NCBI GenBank assembly: GCA_025786725.1
Contig: JAHLTZ010000021.1
Coordinates: 62,001-126,000, forward strand
Direction of reading: 5' to 3'
DNA: 64,000 nt
DNA from: Syncephalis fuscata S228
Lineage: Eukaryota > Fungi > Zoopagomycota
Shown: piece after piece, positions 37,441 through 52,315 of the stretch
Layout: each line of letters begins with the position of its first letter
Numbering within the stretch: the first letter of the stretch is position 1
Notes under the pieces: model-generated
Told to the model about the DNA's origin: nothing
Seen by the model: only the letters and a program-made list of their open reading frames with translations
Databases searched by the model: none
Program-made: the position numbers and the translations under genes

Positions 37441-40400
37441 ATGTTAAGAAGAAGAGAGAAAAAGGCGGCAGAGAAACGAGCTGCCAAGCAACAGCAACAA
37501 GAACAGCAAGAACAACGGACTTCATCTTCCAAGTCCGTTGATGCTTCTGCTTCTTCTAGCAACATAGTAGCGTCTACTACTTCTACATCAACCACTACTA
37601 TTAAAACTGAAGGAACGGCATTAAAAAGCGATGACCGTTCGTCTATACCGGCTGTGCCGGTGGGCACCTTAACTACTCATGCACCAGCCACAGCTAGTAC
37701 AAGCAAAGGTACAAACCGTAGCGTTGAAGTGTCGCCACCTATGCTACAACGATCTAAGCTAGCTGGCAATACAAGCCCCACTAGTACTAATAGATCATTG
37801 AATCGTGATTCATCTAAATCTACATCGACTACTTCGGTGGCAACCCATCGATCACAGCCTTCGTTAACGGTCAAGACATCATTTTTATCGAGTGGCCATA
37901 CTAGTCAGAGTGCATCACTAACACCGGATACCTCGCAACGATCATTGGCACCGGTTTCCCCGCAACCTGTATCAGCTACTGCTAATACCACTCATCTACC
38001 GCCACATCGTCCAATACGACCCATCGATACATCTCATAGACGCAACTCATCCAACGTATCTGCTTTATCCAATCTATCTGTGAGTGCTATTATGAGCAAT
38101 TTTACAGGTGGTGTTAGTGGTAGTGGCAGTGGCAATAATCCTGCTAGTGGATCTGGTTATAACTCGCCTGTATCAGCTAGTCCACGTTTAAGATCCGTAC
38201 CTATTCCAGAGCCGTTACTTGTTCGTCCACGTAGCCGTGCATCAGTTTCTTCTAATGATTCAGATGCAGAATTGTTACTAGCCGCATCTAGTTCTACTAT
38301 TGCATCAGTTACCAATAGTGGCAGTAACAACAACAATCATGCTCGATCGCCATCTCGCCGCTTTCATCCCGGCAATTCAAGGCGTACATCTACTTCATCT
38401 CGTGGTGGCGGTGGCGATTCTCCTTTATCCGGTCCATTTTATACTAATAATTCAGCCAACGGATCAGCTGCAGATCTAAATGCATTTTCATCATTGCCAC
38501 CACCCATTATGCAACGACGACGTTCTTCATTAGCTGCCTCGGCTACTACACCCACTGCCAATAGCTTTCCCACCATTGATATGGTAGCCAATGCATCGGG
38601 TAGTCTTAGTGGTGGTGTATTGCCTGGACCACCCATGTCACGTCGTAGTATATCACTTAAACGGGCCACCACACCGCGGGCCATGTCAATACTTACTTCA
38701 GCCTCTGGTGAATGGGAAGGATTATCTGAACCACCACCTGTACTAGATCCAGTAGTGATCGACGCAGTACTTCGTAAACAACAACAACAACAACAGACAA
38801 GCTCTGTCAATAGCGCATTAAATACTATTCCTGCTTCAATAGCCAGTCCCAATTTGAATAGTAATAGTAGTAGTTCACGACGAGGTAGAAAGAGTCGACG
38901 TGGCAGTGTCTCTTCTGAACATAGTGTAAGAGATAAATCACGTGATACAGTATTAGAACAACAAATGGCCTATCAAGAATTACAACAAAAGAAAACACGT
39001 CGTAATACAAATGAAAGTCAATTAGAATATCTTGACGTATTTGCATCAGGCCACGATCCAAGTAACGGCATTGATATGACCTGTCCATCACCACAACCTT
39101 CAATGCAATTACTATCAGCCGCGGCAGCTGTATCTAATTTAACCGCCATATTAGCTGAAGATCCATCAGCTATAACTGCCAATAATATGACTCGTTCTAA
39201 AGAAGATGAAGAAGTAGTTGTTAATGATGATGAATATTGTTCATTTAAATCCTCTAATAATTCCAATATTACTATGGTGGCACCCACACCTAGACCAGCT
39301 GTATCACAACGCGTATTACCATTATTACCAACACCACCTACGACAACAACAACAACAACAACTACTACTACTACTACTACAGCGATTAATAGACGGACAT
39401 CATCATTAACACCGAATGATACATTAATGATTAAAGATTCTACTGTTAGTAATTCTACTGCTCCTACATCAAGATTAGCGCCAATGTCTATTGGATCAGA
39501 TAAAGATGCTTATATGGCAAGACGTACTTCTCCATTGTTATTTGACTCTATTCTATCTACATCGCCTTCATCCTCACAATCATCTACATCGGCGGCTATG
39601 GAAAGACAACGCTCTAAGGATATAGCAGCACCTACTATGGTAACCGTTACTAAAACACCATCTTCACCTCAACCATCTAGTCGTCGTTCTATTAATGTAG
39701 ATGTATTAAACACGAGTAAGTATTCGCATGATTTAAATGCCGAAGTGGCAGCCATTGCCAATAGAAGTGATCGATTAAGAGGATCTACCGGTTCACCTAT
39801 TCTATCCTCTTCAGCATCACCTTCACCTTCATCATCACCGTCATCTTCATCATGTTCAGTACCTAGAAGAACATCTTCTAGACCCAAAAGTATGGATGTA
39901 TCGGCATTAACACGTCCATCACCACTATCCTACTCGTTTACTTCACAAGATTCAACGTCTACAACTACTGGCCATGATCAATCAACATCTACTACTCATT
40001 TAACAGTAGGCGCACCACCATTAAGATCACCAGTTAAGAGTGGTAGTAATTATAATAATACAGCTACTAGTCCCACACCATTATCTTCATGGTATATGTC
40101 CAATAACAACACGGGTAACAGTAATACGAGTAACAGTAATACTGAACCATCGTTAAGACATAGAACACATCGATCGGCTACAGATCCACCAGCGTATATT
40201 CCCACATCTACACCATCACCATCACCATCTACACCATCATCTACTTCAACATCTACCAATATGAATGCTGTATCGCCTGTATCACCTGCGGCATCTACTT
40301 CACTAGTTATACAGAGAAATGTTAGTAAATTGACCAATACACCACGTTCATCGAGTCCATTATCGGGTAATCCACGTCGTCGATCTCAACTTGATATGAC

Positions 40401-43171
40401 AACGGGTAATCAAGTGGTTGTTGTAGGCACACCACCGTCACCATCACCATCACCACAACATGCTAGAAATAGTCTATCGATTGATACACAAGGTAAAGAA
40501 TGGATTACACAAATGACCTTTCATTCTGCTTCACCGCATAGTCCACCTTTACCTTTATCGGCCACCTCTTCAACGGTGTCCACTCCATCCAACCTATCAA
40601 CACCATTAAAATCACCTCGTTCACGTCGACACTCCACGATTGGTCATTTAAATAATCATGCTATGATGGCCGCGATGGCTACTGCTGCTAGTAGTAGTAG
40701 TAGTAGTAGTAATAGCAATGCTGCTCGATTAGCATCTACACTAACACGTCCTAGTAGCGGTAGTGGACATCGACGTATGCCATCGATGCCAGGTCCACCG
40801 CCACCACCCATATCTGATTTATCGGCACCTATTAGTCCGCGACAACGAGGACATTCAGCGGCATTACCATCTTCATTCTCTACTTCACCATTTATTCATG
40901 GTGGACACCATTTACCACGTCGATCGCGTGGATGGTCCATTGAACGTGGATTGACAGATGATGCCGTGATGGATGAACGATTTACTACTAGTACTGGTGG
41001 AAGTGGTACCACAAGTAGAATGATGCGTAGTAGTACCGGTGGTCGTAGAAGTAGAGCAAATAGTCGTGGTCATTCATCTACTATGAATTCAAATACGATG
41101 GCTACTTCAACGATATCTCATATGACATCAGTGCCATCTATCCATGCTATTCTATCTGAACATGATGCGTGTATTCCTGCCGATGCTCTACTAGAAGCAC
41201 TTGGTAAAATACAACGACGAGGTGAACGAGATAGACGTCCTTCTATATCCTGTGTGGCTGCATCGGTTGATGTACAACTAGATGATGATCGATATGCGGC
41301 TATTCTACGCTCTTCAAGATTAGGTAAATTGAATAGTTGGCCCTCGATTGCTCGTTCATTTAGAAAGAATAAGCAAATGAAACGAGCATCTACTTCTAAA
41401 TTACCTAAATCTGAACTGGCCCGTATTCCATGGACCAATTGGTTGGATGAATTAAATGAACAACAATCATTACCATCCTCATTTGTACATTTACCACAAT
41501 GGTGGCATAAAATAACAAAACAAAGTTTATTGCCATCTAATAAGATGCAATCAACGACATTATCATCTACATCTGGTATTTATCAACAACAAAGGTAAGA
41601 ACAATAACATTCATATTTATCTATTTATTTATCTATACTAATATATATATATATATATACTATTTTATTTAGTGGATTGGTTGAGGCATTGTCAAAGATA
41701 TTGGCTTCACGTTCCAATACTACTACTCAGTCTCATAAATCACAACCATCAATTAATCCCAACTATCCAGATGCTGCCACCTTTGAATTACCGCCTAATA
41801 GTAATTGGCAGAAACGACAAGGCAGAAAGGAAAAGTTATGGCGACAGGTTGAAAAGGCTAAACGGGCTTGTGATAATGAACTATCATGGATTATTGAAGG
41901 ATTAACTAGACATTTGGACAGAGAAGTTCATTGGAGTCATTCAAGTATGCTATCATCACCGGATATAGTATCGCCTTTACTATTATCCAGTAATGTTGTA
42001 ATACCTCAAAAGACTGAAGTATCTACAGAGGATAAAGATGACAGTAAAAATGATAAGAATGCCTTGGAAAAAGTAACTGAAGAAGAAGAGGATCATAGTA
42101 AACGCAACACTAATACATCACCATTATTATTTACACCATTTACACTACCGACTGCTACTCAAACATCTCCACCATCACTTTATGCATTTGAATCATCTGT
42201 TCCATCCACTTCACTTGGTAGTTTAGCAGATATAAATACAAATACTACCCAGATATCATCTTCACCTAGTACATCACCTTCATTGGCTGCTACAGCTGCT
42301 ACCGCTGCTTCTATTGTACGTGATGCTATTACTACACCACTATCCACTAGTAATACAGTATCTACAGTTACACCATTATCATCATCATCATCTAAGAAGA
42401 AGAAGAAGCGACCTCATAAAAAGAGATCCTCTAGTAAATCATCTACTTTAATGGAAGATAATGATTCAGTAGTAGTAGTAGTAGTAGATAAAAAGGTGTC
42501 TATTCCTACTAATGAAGCATTAGCGCCAATAGAACCAATTTCATTACCAAAACCATTGCCACCATCACCAATTCATTTAACCCATCAACAATTAAGATTG
42601 GCAGCCAGTGGACGTCGTCCAAGTGCACCTGGTCGATTATTGGCTGAACAATTGGCCCAATTTCATAGTGAACATCCACCACCCATTCAACCGCCTTCAT
42701 CTTCACCAATTGCCATGTCACGTCCACGTTTATTGCCTTCTCCACTACGTCATCCACGTTCATTGCCAGGTGCCTCTGATATAATAGCACGTTCATTGTC
42801 CCCTAAATCACCTAAATCACCCAAATTACCTAAATCACCACTAGCTTCACCTTCTGTATATCGATCACCATTTATACAGAATCTACAGGATTTAATCCAT
42901 GTCGCACAACAAGTGATACTAGCGAATGCAGAAGAAGCTGCTCGTTCCTGTGCCCATTACGCGGAACGGTTACAACGATTAATGGCTGGATGGCAAGCTA
43001 ATCCAGATTGGCAGGGTCGTGATTTATTGTTACGGGCTTTAATGGCCGTGGCTACTTTCTGTCGAGTGGTTGAAGTATGGGATGCAGAACGACAACCATT
43101 ATCGACACTGTCACCACCATGGACGCGTGATTATATTATGAGTGGTGTTCAATCACCGCCACCACCTACTA

Positions 43172-43203
<32 letters not shown>

Positions 43204-43798
43204 TTAATGGGTGGCTATCAAGGACCAAGTGGTATATCAATGGCTATGGCTAAATCCACCTCTAAACGTGGACATCATCGAAGAGATCGATCAAGAGCTG
43301 GATCGGGTTCTAGTATTAATAGTATGAATAGTGGCAGTGGCAGTCTATCCATGGCCTCTCCTCACCTACCACCAATACCATTATCGTTGATGAACTATAA
43401 CGGTTATAGTCAGGGTAGTTATGGATCACCTAGTAGTTCAGGTACTGCTACACCGGTATCCGGTACAACACCCTCCATGTTATCCACGGGTGGTGCAGCG
43501 ATGCCAGTTAATTTCCGTCGTCAACGTCGTCCATCAGTGGCCGTGCGGGTAAAGACACGTCGTCCACCACGTCGTCGTGCACCACGTCCACCAGGTAGTG
43601 GAACAACAACATCCAGCACCACTGGTGGACAGAATCGTGGTTTATTATCGCCACCACCGGTGGTTAATAAAGAAGACTTGATGGAACTGCGTACCAAGGC
43701 TGAAGAAGCACAACATACCAATATTCTAATGGAATTGACCCTAGATGATCTTACGATGCAATATCTAAGTCCCAGTTGGCAGTCAGTTATGGGGTAAG

Positions 43799-43836
<38 letters not shown>

Positions 43837-46800
43837 TAACAATGTATTAATATCTATATCTATAGATCTAATCCAGATGAAATGATGGGTACGGCTATTG
43901 GTCAATTGCTAACTACTATGGATGGTAATGTATTTGAAGAGGCCACTGAACGTTTATTACAAGATGACTCTCAAACTATTGAAGTCCAATTCCATTTATG
44001 GTGTGAATCTGAAGAGATGGATCAACAGGCCCAGAATACAAGCCTAGATCCTACTTCCTCTTCCTCCTCGTCTATTCTAGTCAATCAAATACCCACTGGA
44101 CGTGAAATGGAAGGACAAGGCATGCTAATGTATGACACACAAGGTATACCCAGCCATACATTATGGGTGATACGTCCACATGAACCAGATTCTATGATGG
44201 AAACAATGGGCTCTAATGAATTTGACCAAGAAGATGATCAATTAATAGATGGAGAAGCATCCACGACTAATACGGCCAATAATACTATCAACAATATAGA
44301 AACAGATGGCATGGAAGATAGCGACTATACGGTTGATTCATACAACAGTCCCATGATTATGAAACGACCAGAATTGCCCCTACCTCAACCACCTGTTCTA
44401 TGTCGGGTATGTGAACAATATGTATCGCCTATTATATTCGAACAACATTCATCGTTGTGTGTTGAAGTACATCGATCAGAAATGGAAGTACAATTGGTCA
44501 ATGATACATTAAGAGAATTAAAGAAGCAAATTAAGGAATTCTATCAAGAAACACCATCCACGTCTATGGCTACGAAGAAACCTTCTGTATCATTACCGAA
44601 TACCACAAAGCATAAGAGTAGCAACAGTACTCATACCATAACTGAATCATCCTCTACCGGTCAACAGCAAGATAATGGCAGTGTATCGATGTCACGTCGT
44701 TCATCCACGAGTAGTATTGGCAGTAATCATTCACTACAACAACACGCTCAACGCGGTCGTATGGGCAGTCTACAAGCTTCATTATTCCCGGCCGCTAGAG
44801 GAATTAGAGCCCAAATCGGTAAACAAAAGAAAGTATGGCATCGATTAATTGGTCTATTAAAAGAAGATAAAACAAAACGATCATCCACACTTGATTTACC
44901 ATCTTCACCAATTATACCCAATTTAAATACGGCCACACCAAGTACGAGTGGAAATGGTAGCCATTTACGACCACCTCAATTATCATTTTCACGTACACCA
45001 TCACAGCCCACGGTTGGTATATCCCATCTACCTTCTGCTGCTACTGGTACAGTAATAGGTGGAGCTAGTTCAACAGAAATAGCTGCTAGAAATGCTCGAT
45101 TGCTACGACGACATGGCCGTAGTACATCGATGCGTATTGGTGATGAAATTACGGCCGAATTAATGGCTGAACGACGAGCTGAACAACAACGTCAATTGGA
45201 AGAACAGGCGAATCGTCAAAAGGAATCAGTCATTAATTACTTTATTGCTACATTAGAAGCAGCTATTGCTCTACCAATGCCCGATATTAATATGTTATGG
45301 ATGGCTTCTTTACCATCGCCACAAGAACAAGTATCGGAAAAGAGTAGTTTGTTATTGACGCGGCATGAAAGTATGCGTCAATCAGCGGCTGAATTAAATG
45401 CGTGGAAGAAACCACCGACCTTTGATCCAATTCTAGAAAGAATAGCCGGTGATGTACAACAATATGTAGTGGCCAAGGCCCAAGCAGTAGAATCGATGAT
45501 TCAAGTAATGGAAAAGGCCGAACAGGCCCGTATTGAATGGGATGCCCGTTTATTAGAACAAGAACAATTGGAAGAGATGGCCAATGATACAAATGATAGT
45601 TCATGGCTATCCAATGAAGTAACCACCACTACTACCAATACTACTAATAATGATTCATTAGCAAAATCTTCTGCTATTCAACTGCCTACAACACCGCCTA
45701 CACCAATATCGAACAAAGTAACATCTACTTGGCGATTAGGATTGCATCATCAAGATGGTAAATCGGCCAGTACATCGATATTGCCCATTACAGCATCGTC
45801 TATTGCTGGTGCAGTGCATACTAATCCCAATGCAGCTACTCTATCCAGCTCACCCACGATTAAAGTATCGAGTCCCTGTGATGGTTCAAGTGTTGCAGCA
45901 CCCTCTACGATAACTGCTATGACTACGCCATCCGTTTATCCATCGACGGAACTACCATCTAAACCAGTAGATGATAACAAAATGGATAGTCAGAGTAGTA
46001 ATGAAGCATTGGCCTCTACCTTCTTCAATCGACCGATACCGCCTAAACGATCGAGTGAACGTCGTCCATCGAATGCGCGACCACCGGCCCTCACTATTGA
46101 TAGTAGTAACAACAATAGTAACACTACAATTAATAGTGATACCGCATCTACATCTCCACGTAAAACATCTATACCGGCCAATGTTACTATTCCAAAACGA
46201 TTTGCCGAAATGGAAACGATTAAATCACCGTTACATTCACCACGACATTTAACGCGATTCTGGGGACAAGCACCACCATCTACTACTACTACTACTACTA
46301 CTACTACTGCACCATTAACTTCTTGTTCATCTTCATCACTTGCTCTACCGCCAACATCAACGGGTAAAGATGGTGGTGGTGCATCTACACCTACATCACC
46401 TCTATTTACACAAACCAATGCCACTGCATCGAGTATATCAACGACAGCCACGGCATCTACACCATCGATGTCGATGATGTTGGGTAGATCAAGTGCCCCT
46501 AGTATTAAAGACTATGAAATCATTAAACCGATTAGTAAAGGGGCTTTTGGATCGGTGTATCTGGCCAAGAAACACGCCACTGGTGACTATTATGCCATCA
46601 AAGTATTGCGTAAATCCGATATGATTGCCAAGAATCAAGTAACGAATGTCAAGGCAGAGAGAATGATATTAATGATGCAACGTGACTCGCCGTATGTTGT
46701 TCGACTATTCTATTCATTCCAGAGTCGTGACTATCTCTATTTAGTTATGGAATATTTAAATGGTGGTGATTGTGCAGCATTGATTAAAACACTAGGTGGA

Positions 46801-49300
46801 TTATCTGAAGATTGGGCTCGTAGTTATTTGGCCGAAGTAACGCTTGGATTAGAATACTTACACTCACTAGGTATCATTCATCGGTAGGTATAAATAGCCA
46901 CGATTAATAGTAAATACTAACTGCATTTATATATAGTGATTTGAAACCAGATAATTTACTTATTGATCAGGATGGACATGTAAAGTTAACTGATTTTGGT
47001 CTATCGCGTTTGGGTTTCCTTGGTCGACGGGCTCAAGGCGAATCCCAAATGGATACATCGACTAACTCGTCCACACCGGGTCGGGCACCTTCAAGAGATA
47101 CAATGGCGGCCACTTCACCAATGGACACCTCTTCTACCAGTGACTATACGTCATCTGCTACACCGGCCACTACTGCCTCTTCATTGCCCTATCCACAATC
47201 CTATTTTAACCTATTAATGGACCAAGAAAGACGTGGATCACTTGGTAGTAGTGTATCAACGATGAGTAGTTCATTAACCACTGGATCTAATACACCAGTC
47301 ACTCCGGGTACCCCTATTGCTAATCAGTTTATGGATGATGCTGCATCGACCCCTACTTCATTAATATTGCCAACAGCAGCATCTACATCGACCACGGAAG
47401 ATAAATCACCGGCCCCACCTAAAACATTTGTGGGTACACCCGACTATTTAGCACCGGAATCTATTCTAGGTACGGGACAAGACACGATGGTAGATTGGGT
47501 ATGTAACATATAGCTATACTAGCCACATCCATTTACTAATACTCATTATTTCTAGTGGGCATTGGGTATTATTTGTTACGAGTTTCTGTATGGTATTCCG
47601 CCTTTCCATGCCAGTACACCGGATAAAGTATTTGAGAATATTTTAACTCGACAGATTGACTGGCATGAAGATGAAATGGAATTATCGCCGGAAATTAAAG
47701 ACTTTATGCAACAATTACTATGTATCGATCCACGACAACGTCTAGGCAGTCAAGGAGCCGAACAAGTAAAGGCCCATCCATTCTTTAAAGATGTTGACTG
47801 GCAAACAATTTGTACCGATACACCATCATTTGTACCACAGCCTGAATCGATGGAAGATACTGATTACTTTGATGGTCGTGGTGTAACTATGCCAGCTCCA
47901 GGCGAAGTTACAGAAGAAGATAATGGACTACAACCAGATACAGAAGAGGCGGTTGAAGCTGAAGAACCACTAGCAACAACAACAACAGCCACAATATCCC
48001 CACCACCACCATCATCATCATCATCATTAACGGCACCATTAGCATTACCCTCGGCATCAACACCGAATCTATCGGGAATAACCACCACAGCATCAGCAAC
48101 CACTGTATCAGTGCCTATGGGTGAAGGACTAACCTTACAAGAAATGACCGCACCGGTGGATGAAGATACCGCTGATTTTGGTACATTTGTTTACAAGAAT
48201 CTAGAAGCATTAGGCAAGGCGAATGAAGATGTGATTCGTAAATTGAAATCAGAACAATTAGCGGCTGAAGCGGCCACAGCAGCCACTATTCCCTTTCCAC
48301 CTGTACATGCCAATGCTAGTAGTAGTGGATTGGCAGAGATTCCATTACGTCGTACATCGTCACGTTCTCATCGTCGTTCACGTAATATTTCGGTATCCGA
48401 ATTGCCCATTCCTCTTGTATCATCACCATTAGCACGTGGTCCCTCTATTACTACACCGACTGGAGAAGAAGAGGAAGAAGAGGCAGAGGAGAAGAAGCAG
48501 AAGCAGAAGAAGGAGCAAAATGACGAGAATACTACATCGAATGACTGGTATGCACCATCAACATCAGCACAGACGCAAGGATCGTTAGGAGCAGTAGCAG
48601 TAGCAGCACCATCATCGTCATCATCAGATAACCATTTAGGATTACCTTCTTCGGCGGTCGATTCATTACGGAATGGTGCACCTCGATCGCGTGTTTCCTT
48701 ACCGGCCCGAGTTATTCCATTAAGAGTTCGTACCAATAGTATATCTACTGAAGCACAATTAGCATCTGTTCTGCCTAGTAATGCACTACCCGCACCAGTG
48801 GCCGTTACCACTTCTACTTCATCATCCGATGGTACGGCACTTGCTAAACTAGCGGGTCAACATCGAGCCAAGTCACAAATGGGTAGCAATTAAATAATGG
48901 TCCCTGGGATGTACTTATTGCCGATGATAATCCGGTAGCGTGTAAGATCTTGGAAACTGTACTTGGTAAATTGAACTGTCGTTGTGTTGTGGTACGTAAT
49001 GGTGCCGAGGCCATTCGATGTGCTATGGGCAAAGTGGTATTTGACATTATATTTATGGATGTGGTAATGCCTATTGTCGATGGTGAAGCAGCCGCCCGTA
49101 TGATTAAATCGACCAATAACGCCAATCGACAAACCCCGATTGTGGCAGTGACCGCTTATGAACATCCCATTCATTTAGCGCGAGTATTTGACGAAGTACT
49201 GGTTAAACCGGTAGATAAAGCAACTCTACAACACCGTCTACGCTATTTCTGTCAATTAAGACGTAATGTAGCAGCTGAAGTTGCTTCATCGCGTAACTAA
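37441..49300 (+). CDS. RIM15: Rim15/Cek1 (Greatwall-family) AGC kinase with PAS-like, C2HC zinc finger, split kinase and receiver domains; ~3870 aa; one apparent -1 indel at ~48890
   Basis: Exons 37441-41594, 41673-43793, 43866-46883, 46937-47498, 47556-49300; CRVCEQ..HSSLC; [52 protein letters not shown]..long insert..GTPDYLAPE; receiver [22 protein letters not shown]. Confidence 0.95.
43801..43833. repeat. (AT)16 microsatellite in RIM15 intron 2
   Basis: Directly visible. Confidence 0.9.
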
Positions 49301-49353
49301 CCAAAGCGATATATAGTAAGCACGAGTGAGTAAGAAAAAAGAAAATATGTTTG

Positions 49354-49444
49354 ATTATTATTATTATTATTACGATTATTATTACATTTCATATATTGTA
49401 TTATTATTATTATTATATTATTATTATTATTATTAGTATTATTA
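49354..49444. repeat. Imperfect (TTA)n tract in RIM15 3' region
   Basis: Directly visible. Confidence 0.8.
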
Positions 49445-49709
49445 GTATATTTGTTTATTTCAATAAAACAAATATAAAATATAAAGATGTTGAATATAAA
49501 AAATGCTTTATATATTAATAATAATCATAATGATTACCATGTTATTTAAAGTCGATAAGCACCAAGAAATACTAGCTTTTTTGAAACTAATCCGGTATAA
49601 TACCACTCAATCGTAGACTATGCTAAATGACACATATACTATATCATTAATACATTATATTAAAAAAAAGTTAGAGAAAACCATTTACAAAATACATATG
49701 GTTCACTTG

Positions 49710-50140
49710 CTAATTTATTGTAATATTGTCGATAGATAAGAGAATAGCGTTAAACATAGTTTATATTTGAATTGTTTAGCCTTTAACTGCTCTTTAATAC
49801 AAAACATAAATAGCACGGTCTAATAGTGGTTTATCGAATTTTGGATTAGGATCGAGTATAATATACCTAAAATATAATCATTCTGTATAGTTTTGTATAA
49901 TTATTGGTGCACTGATTTTTATATTGATCATACTTATCCGATATAGTCGTAAATTAATAAATCCTGGAAGGGAAACGGCGGCAACTATAGGTGTTCCTAA
50001 CGTACCGCTAGTAACTGCTCATTTTAACTTGCATAAAAATAGTAACAACGCCTTTATTACAACTTTTTTGTTAAGCTAACTCTTGTAGATCGGTTTCATA
50101 TATAAATTATAATGCTTATATTCTAAACATCTGGGTAAAA
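49710..50140 (-). pseudogene. Decayed 3' fragment of a third subtilisin-family paralogue
   Basis: Reverse complement gives YPDV..YNLY..IYK, VSLPGFINLRLY, YIILDPNP..DRAIYVLY and a matching 3' flank (CAGTTAAAGGCTAAACAATTCAAATATAAACTATGTTTAAC vs CAGTTAGGAGTTAAACAATTTAAATATGAACACTGTTTAAC near 28884-28924). Confidence 0.8.
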
Positions 50141-50268
50141 ATAACGACTATTATTTATATTTTAGTACACGATCAATATAGATTTAGACTATATATTAAT
50201 TAGCGCTTTATTATAAGCAATTCAATAATACTACAAAATGATTGTCATTATATTTAAAAATAGCTATT

Positions 50269-51879
50269 TTATTCTTCATCTTCGTCTTCAATATCGGGCG
50301 CTGGATAATGTAGAATGGCTGCCACACCAGTTAATTGGGCCAATTGCTCGCCGGTTACATGCTGAGTTGATAAAACAAATACTTTACCACCAGAAGCACG
50401 TACCGACTCAACTAGTCGTACATATTTTCTTCGTACATTTAAATCAAACGACCTAAATAGTAGCAGTGCATCATCATCATCATCAATAGTGTTATTATAA
50501 AAACTAATAGTACAGCAATAACTAATTACCGGAAAAGATTATCGGCAACCAGTAGTGTTTCAATAGCACCACGCTCATTCGCCTTTTGTATATGGTCCCA
50601 ACCATAGAATGCCCGTCCTTCATCCTTGCCCAGTGCTTCGTAAAAGCGTTCAAGTGCTCTAACCTCTCCCGCCGCTTTTGTGTCCGCCAAATGTGTTTGC
50701 ATGGCCGGTTGCCGTAGTACTTCTTCTAGTGCGTGTTTATGTCCACTCGAACAATGAGCTAAAACAAACTTTGATTTATTATCCAGTAGTGTTTTTAAAT
50801 CTTGGCGCTAATAGTTTATTAATCATCGTTAATAGTATATTCAGATCTATACAGTCTTCACCTACTTCTGCTTGTTCCATTATATATTGGAATAAATTAT
50901 CCTAAGTACATCAGATTATGTTTAAACTTTACCATTCTCTTATTAGCGCTAATTACCTTAACAAATCCCGGACTGGCCAAAAGGACGGCCTTAACACGAT
51001 CAAGCCGAATATATTTATTATGCCTTGTAATACTTGTTCGTAAAACTTTTTCAACCCCTAATAGAAGAACATAAATAAATAATGGCTATTAGAGCATAGT
51101 GTCATAATATATTGATTTCTACTTACTTGGTCATGTGCACCAGCAAATCCTTTACGCTTGCGTGGCACACTCGTCTCTATACGCTGTCGTACCACAGTCA
51201 TACTCGATGTAACTAAACATATATTTGCCAATCCTAAACGATAGTCGCTACTTATTAATGCAATTCAATCGTAGGCTATCAATAACTTACCCTCTTGCAA
51301 TACAACAGCCGCCAAATCTGATCGATTATCAACATCACACGCTTCATTAATACGATCAAAGGCCATTGAGTCCCATTCAACCTTAGTGATCGAGAAATTA
51401 CGATGTAACTCTAAATCCAATGTATGATATTGCCCCAACTAATTGATTGATTAATTAATTAATCGATTAAACAGTCTTATATCTTAGTAACTGCGTATCC
51501 ATTTCATCATCGTAATTACTATTACCTTGACATATTGATTTTCAGCCACATTGGGTCCATTAATACTTAAAACACACTCTTGCGCATCAAATTCAGTTCG
51601 CTCCACTTTAAGTGTTAGTGTGGTACGCACGCGCTGACTAGTGGTAGAGCCAGTCTCTGTTACATTCTGAACCCGTCTAATACATATAATAAATACAAAC
51701 TGATAATACAGTAATAACTACGCTATTTAATTGAATAGTAATTACCGAAATGCAGTCGCTTTGACTAAATCTCCTGGTAGAATAAGATTGTAAATGTGCC
51801 ACATATCTTCCTGTTCCTCCGGGTAAAGAGTAACTCTTCCTGACCGGTCCTTTTCAATATGTTTGCTAATAAGCCGCAT
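50269..51879 (-). CDS. DOM34: Pelota/Dom34 ribosome rescue factor, multi-exon; one apparent -1 indel at ~51015
   Basis: [97 protein letters not shown]. Confidence 0.96.
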
Positions 51880-52096
51880 TGTAAATATATATATATATAT
51901 ATATGTAGACAAGTGTTTACTACAGTCAATGAATCGTAATAAGAAAAAAGAGACAAGTGTAAATGTGTGTAAATGTGTGTCATTGTTTGCTATTATTAAT
52001 ATTAACAAAAATAACCAACTTTAATTAATTTGTCACTCATTATGAAACAAGTATTAACTAACTAACTAACAAACAAACAAACAAATAATCAATTCT

Positions 52097-52281
52097 TTAA
52101 CACAGTGGTACTAATTCAACAAGATCATCATTTGGTGTAGATCGTGGCCCTGAAAAAAGTTGTAGAATCGTTTCATAGACACGACTACGTTCTTGTAACA
52201 CTCGAGTATCTTCTATTGATTAATCAATCAACATATTTAATATATAAGATAAAAATTAGTTAATTACCTGATAATGACTTG

Positions 52282-52315
<34 letters not shown>

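Noticed and set aside
48880-48900. Programmed frameshift, readthrough or intron separating the RIM15 receiver domain
   Set aside because: One missing T (AAT TTA AAT) explains it; the nearby GT..AG pair has incompatible phase; same error type occurs across the window
37380-49174. Numerous antisense and alternate-frame ORFs over RIM15 (also over POX1, PAH1 and muskelin)
   Set aside because: Shadows of low-complexity or GC-richer coding sequence with no independent motifs
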